DNA from: Elusimicrobiota bacterium
GTDB taxonomy: Bacteria > Elusimicrobiota > Endomicrobiia > Endomicrobiales > JBDRNC01
Length of the DNA: 28,478 bases
NCBI GenBank assembly: GCA_043811535.1
Contig: JBDRNC010000019.1
Location: 1-28,478, forward strand
Reading direction: 5' to 3'
In this document: in pieces, positions 16,527 to 24,700 of the stretch
Layout of the letters: the number at the start of each line of letters is the position of its first letter
How positions within the stretch are numbered: position 1 is the first letter of the stretch
The notes under the pieces: model-generated
The model's database searches: none
What the model saw: the letters and a program-made list of their open reading frames with translations, nothing else
Told to the model about the DNA's origin: nothing
Made by a program: the position numbers and the translations under genes

Positions 16527-17342
16527 ATGGGAAAAGATCAGATAAGCGGATTCATAAGCCGTATCAGCGGCTCTATCATGAGGCACCTGTTCCTGCTGCC
16601 GAAAAGTTTCGCGCGGTGGATGGACCTTTTCTACTGGCCTTTGATTGACCTGCTTGTCTGGGGATACACCACGGTTTACCTCAACGCGAACACCCAGTCG
16701 GGAGTCAATTTCGTCGTTCTGTTTATCGGCGCGCTCATATCATGGGATATTCTTTTCCGCGCCCAGCAGTCTATCACGATAACTTTTCTTGAAGACATCT
16801 GGGCCAGAAATATTTTAAACCTCTTTGTGTCGCCCCTGACATCCACGGAATTCCTTATCAGTTCGATAACTTACGGGATGCTCAAGCATTTCATCACCAT
16901 ATCTTTCATGGCCGTAATGGCTTTCTGGCTGTACGATTTCAATTATTTTTCCCTTGGTTTCGCGCTCATACCCGCAATATTCAATTTGCTTGTCTTCGGC
17001 TGGTCGCTGGGAATAGTTACGACCGCTCTTATCATCCGTTTCGGGCAGGCCGGCGAAATGCTCGCGTGGGGGCTCGCGTTCCTTGTGCAGCCGTTCATCG
17101 GCGTGTTTTATCCGGTCGAAACGCTTCCCAAGGCTTTTCAATATGTTTCCAAGGTTTTGCCGCCCACGTACGTTTTTACCGAACTGCGGGAGATAATCCT
17201 GAACAAGCAGTTCATTCCAAGCATAATGCTGAAGGCTTTCCTGCTTAATCTCGTTTATCTCGCGCTTGCGATCATTTTCTTTAATTGGATATGGAGAATA
17301 GTCAGGGACAAGGGCTACCTTACAAGGCTGGGCAGCGAATAG
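16527..17342 (+). CDS. ABC-2 type transporter permease
   Basis: About six TM segments; EDIWARNILNLFVSPL, GVFYPVETLP, LPPTY. Confidence 0.92.
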   Translation: MGKDQISGFISRISGSIMRHLFLLPKSFARWMDLFYWPLIDLLVWGYTTVYLNANTQSGVNFVVLFIGALISWDILFRAQQSITITFLEDIWARNILNLFVSPLTSTEFLISSITYGMLKHFITISFMAVMAFWLYDFNYFSLGFALIPAIFNLLVFGWSLGIVTTALIIRFGQAGEMLAWGLAFLVQPFIGVFYPVETLPKAFQYVSKVLPPTYVFTELREIILNKQFIPSIMLKAFLLNLVYLALAIIFFNWIWRIVRDKGYLTRLGSE

Positions 17343-17358
17343 TGTTCGGGTTTAGCGC

Positions 17359-18276
17359 ATGTTAAAAGAATTTCCGCATTCCTCGAAGATAGAACTTGAA
17401 AGCCGCGGCATTTTCGAAGCGGCTTACCGTAACCTTCCGCCTTCGGTATCCGACCTGGTTTTCACAAACCTTTTTTCATGGCAGGATATATACCCGTACA
17501 GGATAAGCGCGGTTGACAGATTTCTGCTCATTCACTACAGGGAAGATGATAAATATATTTTTCTGCCGCCGTTGCTGCTGGATGGGAAGATCAACGCCGC
17601 GGATTTCGGGCCGGCGTTCGCTTCGGCGGCGCAATGTATCGGAGATTTCTGTTCCAAACACGGGCTCGGCGCGGAATTCAGGTTCGTCCCGGAATTATAC
17701 CTGAAATACATGAAAAAGGACGCTTACGCGCCCGCGCAGGAAAGGGATTATTCCGATTACATGTACAAAAGGGATAATCTGGCCCGGCTTCCCGGCCAGA
17801 AATATTCGGCTAAAAGGAACCTTATAAAGCAGTTCCAGAGGAAATACAGCGGAGCGTATGAACCGCTGTCGGAAAATAACCTCCATCTTGTGTACAAGCT
17901 GCTGGAAACGGACGGCAGCAAGACCGATTATAAGGTTATTGAAAGGATGGTGAAGAATTTTGTTCCGCTCGGCCTCACGGGCGGGCTTTTGATTTCCAGC
18001 GGGCAGGTCATCGCCGGCACGATCGGGACGGTGGTCGGGAATTTCCTTTACAAAAAAGGCTGTTACAACGCCGCGGTTGTGCATTTCGAGAAGGCAAGAC
18101 TGGACCATAAGGGCGCCTACCAGGCCATAAACAACTATTTTAGCTCGACTCTTGGCGAAAATATTGACTACGTGAACAGGGAAGAAGACCTCGGACTGGA
18201 GGGCCTCAGAAAAGCCAAGATGTCGTATCACCCGGATAGATTGATAGAAAAATACAGGTTTATCATAAGCAATTAG
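17359..18276 (+). CDS. DUF2156 / phosphatidylglycerol lysyltransferase-like GNAT-domain protein
   Basis: SDLVFTNLFSW, DYMY..LARLPGQKY..KRN, HFEKA..GAYQAIN, VNREEDLGLEGLRKAKMSYHP. Confidence 0.88.
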   Translation: MLKEFPHSSKIELESRGIFEAAYRNLPPSVSDLVFTNLFSWQDIYPYRISAVDRFLLIHYREDDKYIFLPPLLLDGKINAADFGPAFASAAQCIGDFCSKHGLGAEFRFVPELYLKYMKKDAYAPAQERDYSDYMYKRDNLARLPGQKYSAKRNLIKQFQRKYSGAYEPLSENNLHLVYKLLETDGSKTDYKVIERMVKNFVPLGLTGGLLISSGQVIAGTIGTVVGNFLYKKGCYNAAVVHFEKARLDHKGAYQAINNYFSSTLGENIDYVNREEDLGLEGLRKAKMSYHPDRLIEKYRFIISN

Positions 18277-18343
18277 CCATTTGCCATTAGCAATTAGTTG
18301 GTATGTAGTTTCCTAATTGCCAATTGCTAATAGCTAATAGCTG
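18270..18343. repeat. Inverted heptamer arrays (CAATTAG/CTAATTG-type), copy 1
   Basis: caattag ccatttg ccattag caattag ... ctaattg ccaattg ctaatag ctaatag. Confidence 0.9.
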
Positions 18344-18380
18344 ACGTTAGTTGACTGTTCACGAATAATTTCATATTCTT

Positions 18381-18443
18381 AATCTGTGTAATCTTTTAGT
18401 AAAATCGGTGTAATCAGAGATTGTTGAGTTTTTCAACAATCTC
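18381..18443 (+). repeat. GTGTAATC direct repeat plus hairpin element, homologous to 10880-10941
   Basis: AATCTGTGTAATC..ATCGGTGTAATCA followed by 11-bp stem GAGATTGTTGA/TCAACAATCTC. Confidence 0.85.
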
Positions 18444-18457
18444 ATAGAGGTGATTTC

Positions 18458-18940
18458 ATGGATGTGATCGAAAATCTGATCGCGGGGCACAGGGAAGTCT
18501 TTGAAAAGAAGGACCTGCTGGCGAAACTCGCGGCAAGCATTAACAACGATGCTTTTTTCTGGGATAACGTCCCTAAAATCCAGGTATTTTTTAACAAGGA
18601 AGTTAAACAACATTTTGAGCTTGAAGAGAAAGTCCTTTTTCCGGAGATGAAAAAGATAGTGCCCAAAGAAGACCAGGGGAAAATCGCCGAGATAGAGAAC
18701 GAGCACAAGCCCATTTTAGAGATTATCGCTCAGCTCGACGGCGCCATGGAAGAACATTCAAAGAATCCGAACAAGTCCACGCGCGAGCGGGTCGCGGATG
18801 TTGCCGGCAGGCTCATGGAGAAACTGATCCCTCACGCGCAGAAGGAAGACGCCGAGCTGTTCCCAATGGTCAGGAAGTATTTCAAAGCCGGCAATTTTAT
18901 AAAACTTGAAGCGGCATATTTCAAATTTCTTGGAGTGTGA
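18458..18940 (+). CDS. Hemerythrin/HHE cation-binding domain protein
   Basis: H..HFELEE..LFP..EH..HAQKED..LFP; SD GAGGTG. Confidence 0.9.
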   Translation: MDVIENLIAGHREVFEKKDLLAKLAASINNDAFFWDNVPKIQVFFNKEVKQHFELEEKVLFPEMKKIVPKEDQGKIAEIENEHKPILEIIAQLDGAMEEHSKNPNKSTRERVADVAGRLMEKLIPHAQKEDAELFPMVRKYFKAGNFIKLEAAYFKFLGV

Positions 18941-18943
18941 GCA

Positions 18944-19399
18944 ATGGCCCAAGCCATCAACAGGAGAAAGAGCGCAAGATACCAGCCGGAAGTTCCGATA
19001 GAGATAGAGTTGGAGATCGGAAAGAACTTCAATATTTCAAAAGAGTGCCTCAATAATATCAGCATCGACGGGCTGTCTTTCAGATTCGATTTCTTGATTC
19101 CGAAAGGCAGGCTGATAAATATCAACATTCCTATGCGCAGGACGATATTCGCGATGAAGGGCGAAGTTGTCTGGTGCGAGCAGAAAAGCGGAGCGTACGA
19201 TATAGGGATAAAATTCAGTGAAGCGTCCGACGTGTTCAAGGCCAAGATCTACAGCCAGATCTGCCGGATAGAAGATTACCGGCAGGAAGTTTTTGAAAAA
19301 GAAGGGCGGCAGCTTTCATTTAATGAAGCCGCAAAGGAATGGATCAGCAAGTTCGCCGGTGATTTCTCTCTCCTTTCCGGCCAAGAGACTATGTCATAA
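18944..19399 (+). CDS. PilZ domain protein
   Basis: RKSAR (RxxxR) and NISIDG (NxSxxG), GEVVW, IGIKF. Confidence 0.9.
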   Translation: MAQAINRRKSARYQPEVPIEIELEIGKNFNISKECLNNISIDGLSFRFDFLIPKGRLININIPMRRTIFAMKGEVVWCEQKSGAYDIGIKFSEASDVFKAKIYSQICRIEDYRQEVFEKEGRQLSFNEAAKEWISKFAGDFSLLSGQETMS

Positions 19400-19551
19400 C
19401 TCCATTTCGGCTGCAAATTTAGCTTTTTGGCTACACCGGCACTTTTGCTCAAGTTACATATCTTTCGTCAGACATGCCCCTTTCGCAAAAATGCCAGTTC
19501 GCTCAAAAATCTAAATTTTCGCTTCGAAAGCAAGTCATGACACAGTCTCTT
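19383..19551. mobile_element. 169-bp MITE-like long inverted repeat element
   Basis: Ends AAGAGACTATGTCATAACT / AGTCATGACACAGTCTCTT (17/19 complementary) with further internal pairing (AAATTTAG/CTAAATTT, TTTTGC/GCAAAA); no clear target duplication. Confidence 0.75.
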
Positions 19552-20793
19552 ACGGAGGAACCAATTAATCTATATCTGCTGCTAGTGCTTGCCATTATAA
19601 CTGCCGGTTATATTTTTTCCTTTATTGTTGACAAACTCAACGTCAGCAGCGCCGTTCCCGGCCTTCCGGAGGAATTCAAGGGATTTTATGACGGCGATAA
19701 GTACGCGAAGGCGCAGGCGTATCTGAAAGAGAACACTGATTTCGGCCTTCTGACATCCGGTATGTTCGCCTGCATTGAGCTCCCGTTCATCATACTGGGC
19801 GGTTTCAATTTCGCCGATAGGATTGCCAGGGGTTTCGGATACGGTGAAATAGCAACGGGTCTGATATTCGCGGGTCTGCTGCTGGGCGCGGCGCAAATCC
19901 TGAAGATCCCGTTTTCTGCGCACCATACATTCGGCATAGAGGAAAAGTACGGTTTCAACAAGACAACCGTAAAGACCTTCATCCTGGATATAATCAAGTC
20001 ATGGGCGCTTTCAGCTGTTATCGGCGGACTGGTTTTCGCCCTGATATTGTGGTTCTTCATGGCGGCCGGAGGGTTTGCGTGGGTCTACTGCTGGATCGCG
20101 GTCGCGCTTTTTGAAATATTCATTGTTTTCATCGCTCCCGTTACGATTATGCCGCTGTTCAACAAATTTGTGCCGCTGGAAGAAGGGGAGCTTAGGGATT
20201 CCCTTCAGCGTTACGCGGACAGCCAGGGTTTCAAGCTGGCGGGCATTTATAAGATGGACGGGTCAAAACGTTCTACCAAGGCAAACGCCTTTTTTACCGG
20301 ATTCGGGAGATTTAAAAGAATCGCGCTGTTCGACACCCTTATCGCGAAACACACCGTTGACGAGCTCGTTTCCATACTTGCCCATGAAGTTGGCCACTTC
20401 AAGAAAAGACATATCGCCAAATCCTTGCTCGTTTCGTTTTTGTCTTCGGGGCTCATGTTTTTCATACTTTCCATGTTCATGAATAATCCCGGCCTTTTCG
20501 CGGCGTTCAGGATGGAAAACATTTCGATTTACGCGAGCATAATATTTTTTGGTTTTCTGTATTCGCCGATAAACTCGTTGATTTCGGTCATAGCGAACGT
20601 ATTTTCAAGGAAATGGGAATACGAAGCGGACGATTTTGCCGCGGCAAGTTCCGGCAAAAGAGAGGCATTCATTAATGCCATGAAAAAATTAAGCGTTGAC
20701 AATCTTTCAAACCTGACGCCGCATCCGTTGAAGGTATTCCTTGATTACAGTCATCCGCCTGTTTTACAGCGAATTGAAAGATTAAAAAGATAA
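19537..20793 (+). CDS. M48 family (Ste24/CAAX-type) membrane zinc metallopeptidase; start uncertain (ATG 19537 or ATT 19564)
   Basis: DGSKRSTKANAFFTG, LFDTL, HEVGH, SRKWEYEAD, YSHPP. Confidence 0.93.
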   Translation: MTQSLTEEPINLYLLLVLAIITAGYIFSFIVDKLNVSSAVPGLPEEFKGFYDGDKYAKAQAYLKENTDFGLLTSGMFACIELPFIILGGFNFADRIARGFGYGEIATGLIFAGLLLGAAQILKIPFSAHHTFGIEEKYGFNKTTVKTFILDIIKSWALSAVIGGLVFALILWFFMAAGGFAWVYCWIAVALFEIFIVFIAPVTIMPLFNKFVPLEEGELRDSLQRYADSQGFKLAGIYKMDGSKRSTKANAFFTGFGRFKRIALFDTLIAKHTVDELVSILAHEVGHFKKRHIAKSLLVSFLSSGLMFFILSMFMNNPGLFAAFRMENISIYASIIFFGFLYSPINSLISVIANVFSRKWEYEADDFAAASSGKREAFINAMKKLSVDNLSNLTPHPLKVFLDYSHPPVLQRIERLKR

Positions 20794-20802
20794 AAGAACT
20801 TC

Positions 20803-20877
20803 ATGGCTAAATTGTCGAATGGCTAAACGGTTGAAAGTCTTTCGGCCATTTAGCCATGAAGCCATTTAGCAATTAAT
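20803..20877. repeat. Inverted octamer tandem arrays
   Basis: atggctaa attgtcga atggctaa acggttga ... gccattta gccatgaa gccattta gcaattaa. Confidence 0.85.
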
Positions 20878-20878
20878 T

Positions 20879-21376
20879 ATGATTCACTCTTTCAAGCCCA
20901 TAGTTGGCAAGAATCCCCGTGTTCTCATACTCGGCACGATGCCGGGCGCGATGTCTTTGAAGAAGCGGCAGTATTACGGGCACCCGCAAAATTCGTTCTG
21001 GAAGATAATTTTCAAGTTGTTCGGAATAACCCAGAACGATTCCTACCGAGTCAAAAAGGCGCTTTTAAAGAAGCAGCGTATCGCGCTTTGGGATGTGCTC
21101 CGCGAGTGCTCAAGAGAAAGAAGCTCATCGGATTCGGACATAAGGAATGAAAGGCCCAACAGAATAGGCGATTTCCTGAAGAAACATAAAAGCGTCAAAT
21201 TCGTGGCGTTTAACGGAAGCGCGCCCGAGAGATTTATTAAAAAACAATATAATGCTGGAAATTTTCCTCAAAAATTGATAAAATTACCTTCCACAAGCCC
21301 GGCCAATACCATTACGGCGTCCCGCAAGCTGGAACAGTGGAAAAAGATCTTGGCCTGCCTTAAGAAAACTGCATGA
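20879..21376 (+). CDS. DNA-deoxyinosine (hypoxanthine) glycosylase, UDG superfamily family 6-like
   Basis: LILGTMPG..SL..QYYGHPQNSFW, IALWDV, SSDSDI, FNG, LPSTSPAN. Confidence 0.9.
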   Translation: MIHSFKPIVGKNPRVLILGTMPGAMSLKKRQYYGHPQNSFWKIIFKLFGITQNDSYRVKKALLKKQRIALWDVLRECSRERSSSDSDIRNERPNRIGDFLKKHKSVKFVAFNGSAPERFIKKQYNAGNFPQKLIKLPSTSPANTITASRKLEQWKKILACLKKTA

Positions 21377-21403
21377 ACCTTTTCTGGAATTGCCGGAGGT
21401 ATT

Positions 21404-21850
21404 ATGCCGAAAATCGCAGTAATTTTAACCGTTTTGTTTCTTTTCGTTTCCGGGGTTTTTGCGGCGGAAGATGCAAAGGCGGCCACGAAAGCCCCCGATG
21501 AAAAGAAAACCGCGAAAAAAGTAATAAAAAAATACCCTCTTGACGACTGGAAAAAACTTGTGATACCCCCGGAACAGCTTAAGAAATTCAACGGAAAGAA
21601 CGGGAATCCGCCATATGTCGCCGTTGACGGAATTGTTTATGACGTGAGCGCTATACCTGCCTGGAAAGGCGGGGAGCATAAGCACGGCCTAAAGGCCGGC
21701 AACGATTTGACCGAAGAATTCGCGAAAGCCCCGCCGTTCCATAGAACCAAGAAAGTGATGAATAAAGCCGTCAAGATCGGGGTTCTTGAGGGCGGTCTTT
21801 TAGATCCGGCAGTCATTAGTGAAAAAGAAATGATAAAGGAAAAGAAATAA
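21404..21850 (+). CDS. Exported cytochrome b5-like heme/steroid-binding domain protein
   Basis: Signal peptide ending VFA; LKKFNGKNGNPPYVAVDGIVYDVS, WKGGEH, AGNDLT, second His in PPFH. Confidence 0.88.
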   Translation: MPKIAVILTVLFLFVSGVFAAEDAKAATKAPDEKKTAKKVIKKYPLDDWKKLVIPPEQLKKFNGKNGNPPYVAVDGIVYDVSAIPAWKGGEHKHGLKAGNDLTEEFAKAPPFHRTKKVMNKAVKIGVLEGGLLDPAVISEKEMIKEKK

Positions 21851-22041
21851 TGTCGTATATTTTCGGCATACCTTTGTACATATGGGGCGGCATCGCGGCA
21901 TTAATTTCATTGGTACTGACTGCTTTCTATGGAATGAATACGGGGAAATACGGGATGAAGAAGCACAAGATATTCGCCTATATAACACTGGCGCTGGTGT
22001 TGGGGCACGCGTTGTACGGCATATGGATGTACTTTTTCTAA
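21850..22041 (+). CDS. 63-aa two-helix membrane protein with H-x13-H
   Basis: Two hydrophobic helices; TAATG stop/start overlap with the upstream gene. Confidence 0.8.
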   Translation: MSYIFGIPLYIWGGIAALISLVLTAFYGMNTGKYGMKKHKIFAYITLALVLGHALYGIWMYFF

Positions 22042-22092
22042 AGGTTTTCAATTGACTCAAGTTTACAAAAAATACAAAAGGAGGATTAAGTT

Positions 22093-22239
22093 ATGGCGCA
22101 AGGAAGATGCATGAAGTGCAAGAAGCAGGTGGAAATACAGGATGCTAAAGAGGTAGTTCTTAAGAACGGAATGAAAGCTCTAACCGGTGTTTGCCCGGAC
22201 TGCGGCACAAAGGTTTTCAAGATAACCGGAAAGAAGTAG
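22093..22239 (+). CDS. 48-aa basic zinc-ribbon protein (DUF5679-like), not in ORF track
   Basis: MAQGRCMKCKKQVEIQDAKEVVLKNGMKALTGVCPDCGTKVFKITGKK; SD AAGGAGG; followed by a terminator. Confidence 0.88.
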   Translation: MAQGRCMKCKKQVEIQDAKEVVLKNGMKALTGVCPDCGTKVFKITGKK

Positions 22240-22268
22240 AACTAACAAGGCTTGCAGACCAGATAGAT

Positions 22269-22313
22269 CCATTTGCTCCCCCGGGAACATCGGGGAGCAA
22301 ATGGCTGTTTTTT
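22269..22313 (+). terminator. Intrinsic terminator
   Basis: 13-bp stem CCATTTGCTCCCC/GGGGAGCAAATGG then CTGTTTTTT. Confidence 0.75.
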
Positions 22314-22334
22314 GCAATTGATAAAGGGGTTTGG

Positions 22335-23117
22335 ATGCAAACGACAATATATTATTTTTCGGGGACTGGGAATTCTTTTAAAGTGGCAAAGGAGATATCT
22401 GCCCTGATCGGAAACGCCGAGCTTATCCCTATTCCTAAAGTGATTAACGAGGAAGCGGATCTTTCGGCTGACAGGATAGGCATAGTCTTTCCGGTATATG
22501 TGTGGGGCATGCCGCTTATTGTTGCGGACTTCGTTAAAAAAATGAAAGCCGCAAAGGATAAATATATCTTTGGCGTGGTGACATACGGGGGATTCCCGGC
22601 TGGGACGCTTGTTCAGCTTGCCCGTCTACTTAAAAACAAGGGTATGAAACTGTCGGCGGGATACGGGATAAAGATGCCCGGGAATTACACTCCCATGTAC
22701 GGCGCGATCCCGGAGGCAAAGCAGAATCTTCAATTCGCGGGCGCCGGGGAAAAGACAAAGATCATCGCTGAGGCGGTGAAAGACGCAAAACCCGGGCCGG
22801 TCGAGAAAAGCAACTTCCTTGCAAATTTATTTTTTTCATCTATACTGTATAATGCAGGCATATCCCACATGCGCGGAGCCGACAAGAATTTCCGGGTTCA
22901 GGATAAATGCAATGGCTGTGGGATCTGCTATAAGGTTTGCCCGGCCGGCAACATTAAACTTGAAAACAGCAGACCCGTTTGGAACCATAAATGCGAGCAG
23001 TGCATGGCTTGCCTGCAATGGTGCCCCGTGGAAGCGATACAATACGGAAAAAAGACAGAGAAAAGAAAACGTTACCATCATCCGGATATAAAAATCATCG
23101 AAATGTATTACAGATGA
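22335..23117 (+). CDS. EFR1-family flavodoxin-ferredoxin fusion
   Basis: IYYFSGTGNS, FPVY, MPGNY; CNGCGICYKVCP and CEQCMACLQWCP; start moved to ATG 22335. Confidence 0.92.
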   Translation: MQTTIYYFSGTGNSFKVAKEISALIGNAELIPIPKVINEEADLSADRIGIVFPVYVWGMPLIVADFVKKMKAAKDKYIFGVVTYGGFPAGTLVQLARLLKNKGMKLSAGYGIKMPGNYTPMYGAIPEAKQNLQFAGAGEKTKIIAEAVKDAKPGPVEKSNFLANLFFSSILYNAGISHMRGADKNFRVQDKCNGCGICYKVCPAGNIKLENSRPVWNHKCEQCMACLQWCPVEAIQYGKKTEKRKRYHHPDIKIIEMYYR

Positions 23118-23129
23118 TAAGGAGCCGCT

Positions 23130-23525
23130 TTGGAAAATAAGAAGAAGATACTCGTGGCGGACGACGACCGCGCCGTCACTGAAGTCATGAAGAGCGGGCT
23201 GGAAGGCCAGGGATACGATGTTGTAGTGACGCATGACGGCAATGAGGCCTTGGAACTGGCGAAACTGTACAAGCCGGACCTCGCGATACTTGACGTCCTT
23301 ATGCCGGGTATGGACGGGGTAAGGGTCGCGTCATATTTAAAACTCGACACGGAAACGAGAGATATCCCAATCATGATTCTCACCGGATTTGTGGAAAAAG
23401 AAAATGAGCAGCAGATGCAGCAGGAGCTTCGCGGCGCGCTTTTTATGACGAAACCTTTCAATCTTAAGGATTTTCTGCGTATGGTTGCGCAGGCACTCGC
23501 CGAAAAAGAAGAAAAAAAATCATAA
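23130..23525 (+). CDS. Single-domain response regulator (CheY-like receiver)
   Basis: ILVADDD, ILDVLMPGMDG, LTG, TKPF; TTG start with SD AAGGAG. Confidence 0.93.
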   Translation: MENKKKILVADDDRAVTEVMKSGLEGQGYDVVVTHDGNEALELAKLYKPDLAILDVLMPGMDGVRVASYLKLDTETRDIPIMILTGFVEKENEQQMQQELRGALFMTKPFNLKDFLRMVAQALAEKEEKKS

Positions 23526-23526
23526 C

Positions 23527-24687
23527 ATGGCCTTTTATTTTCTACTTTCAATAACCGCCGTTTCTTTTATACTTCTGGCGAATTTCGCGTTTTTAACCAT
23601 GATATTCCAAAAGGGCTCAAAAACACGCCCGGAAAAGATCGCTGATTTCCCGAAAGTCAGCATACTGAAACCCGTCAAGTTCATGGATGACGGCATGGCG
23701 AGGAATCTGGAGAGTTTTTACCAATTGGATTATCCCGACTATGAAATAATCTTCTGTTTTGACGGCTTCAACGAAGAGATACATCAGTTGATAATAAAAT
23801 TCAGGGAAAAACATCCGAATGTAGTTACGAAGATCATTGAAGCCAAGCTTGAAAGGAAGCTGAATAATTTTCTTAATCCAAAAGTAGAGATGTTGTGCGT
23901 GATGGCAAGGGAGTCGTCCGGCAAGCTGTACTGGGTGTCAGATTCGAACATCAGGGTTGAAAAAGATACTTTAAAAAAACTGGTCTGCGAGTATTTTGAA
24001 AGGAACGCCAAGATCGTGTTTTCGCCTATCAGGGGAATAGGCAGCAGGACCGTCGGCAGCATAATAGAGAATTCATACCTTAACTATTTTGTTTCCGGAA
24101 ACATCATCGGCGCGTGGAAATACCTCAACCGGCAGATTATAGTCGGAAAATCGATGCTGATAGAGAAGGAGACGCTTGACGCACTCGGCGGTTTCGAGGC
24201 TTTCAGGGAGTACCTGGCCGAAGATTATATCATGGGCGAGACATATACCCGCAAGAACATACCGATCTCCACGAATTTCACGTGGGTGACGAATTATAAC
24301 AGCCACAGCACGGTGGCGAGTTTCCTCAGCAGGATGACGAGATGGGCGAAACTCAGGTTCCATATCGACAGGTTTTTCTTCTGCCTGGAAATTCTCGCGA
24401 ATCCCATCGCGATCGCGCTTATTTTCCTGCCGTTCACGGGGGCAAGGGGATTCAAGCTGTTGCTGGCGGTAGTCGTGTGCAAAACATTCCTGGAATACGT
24501 TAATCTATTTTCGGTAAATACAACCGACAGGAAAAAACCGTGGATCATACTCGCGTATCCTTTTTGCATGATATTGAAAGACATCCTGATGTTCTTTATT
24601 TATATCGTGCCGTTCTTTTCTTCAAACGTGAACTGGCGGGGATGGAAAATAAGGATAGGCGAAAAAAGCAGGATATTCAACAGTTGA
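23527..24687 (+). CDS. Ceramide glucosyltransferase/HpnI-like glycosyltransferase (GT21)
   Basis: SILKP, QLDYPDYE, NPKV, SDSNIR, GKSM, LAED, RMTRW; start moved to ATG 23527. Confidence 0.88.
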   Translation: MAFYFLLSITAVSFILLANFAFLTMIFQKGSKTRPEKIADFPKVSILKPVKFMDDGMARNLESFYQLDYPDYEIIFCFDGFNEEIHQLIIKFREKHPNVVTKIIEAKLERKLNNFLNPKVEMLCVMARESSGKLYWVSDSNIRVEKDTLKKLVCEYFERNAKIVFSPIRGIGSRTVGSIIENSYLNYFVSGNIIGAWKYLNRQIIVGKSMLIEKETLDALGGFEAFREYLAEDYIMGETYTRKNIPISTNFTWVTNYNSHSTVASFLSRMTRWAKLRFHIDRFFFCLEILANPIAIALIFLPFTGARGFKLLLAVVVCKTFLEYVNLFSVNTTDRKKPWIILAYPFCMILKDILMFFIYIVPFFSSNVNWRGWKIRIGEKSRIFNS

Positions 24688-24700
24688 CTTCTCGAACAGC

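Noticed and set aside
19474..19536. ORF-track N-terminus of the M48 peptidase
   Set aside because: Lies within the foldback element and lacks an SD
22191..22334. ORF-track N-terminal extension of the EFR1 protein
   Set aside because: Overlaps the 48-aa gene and its terminator; the family motif starts right after ATG 22335
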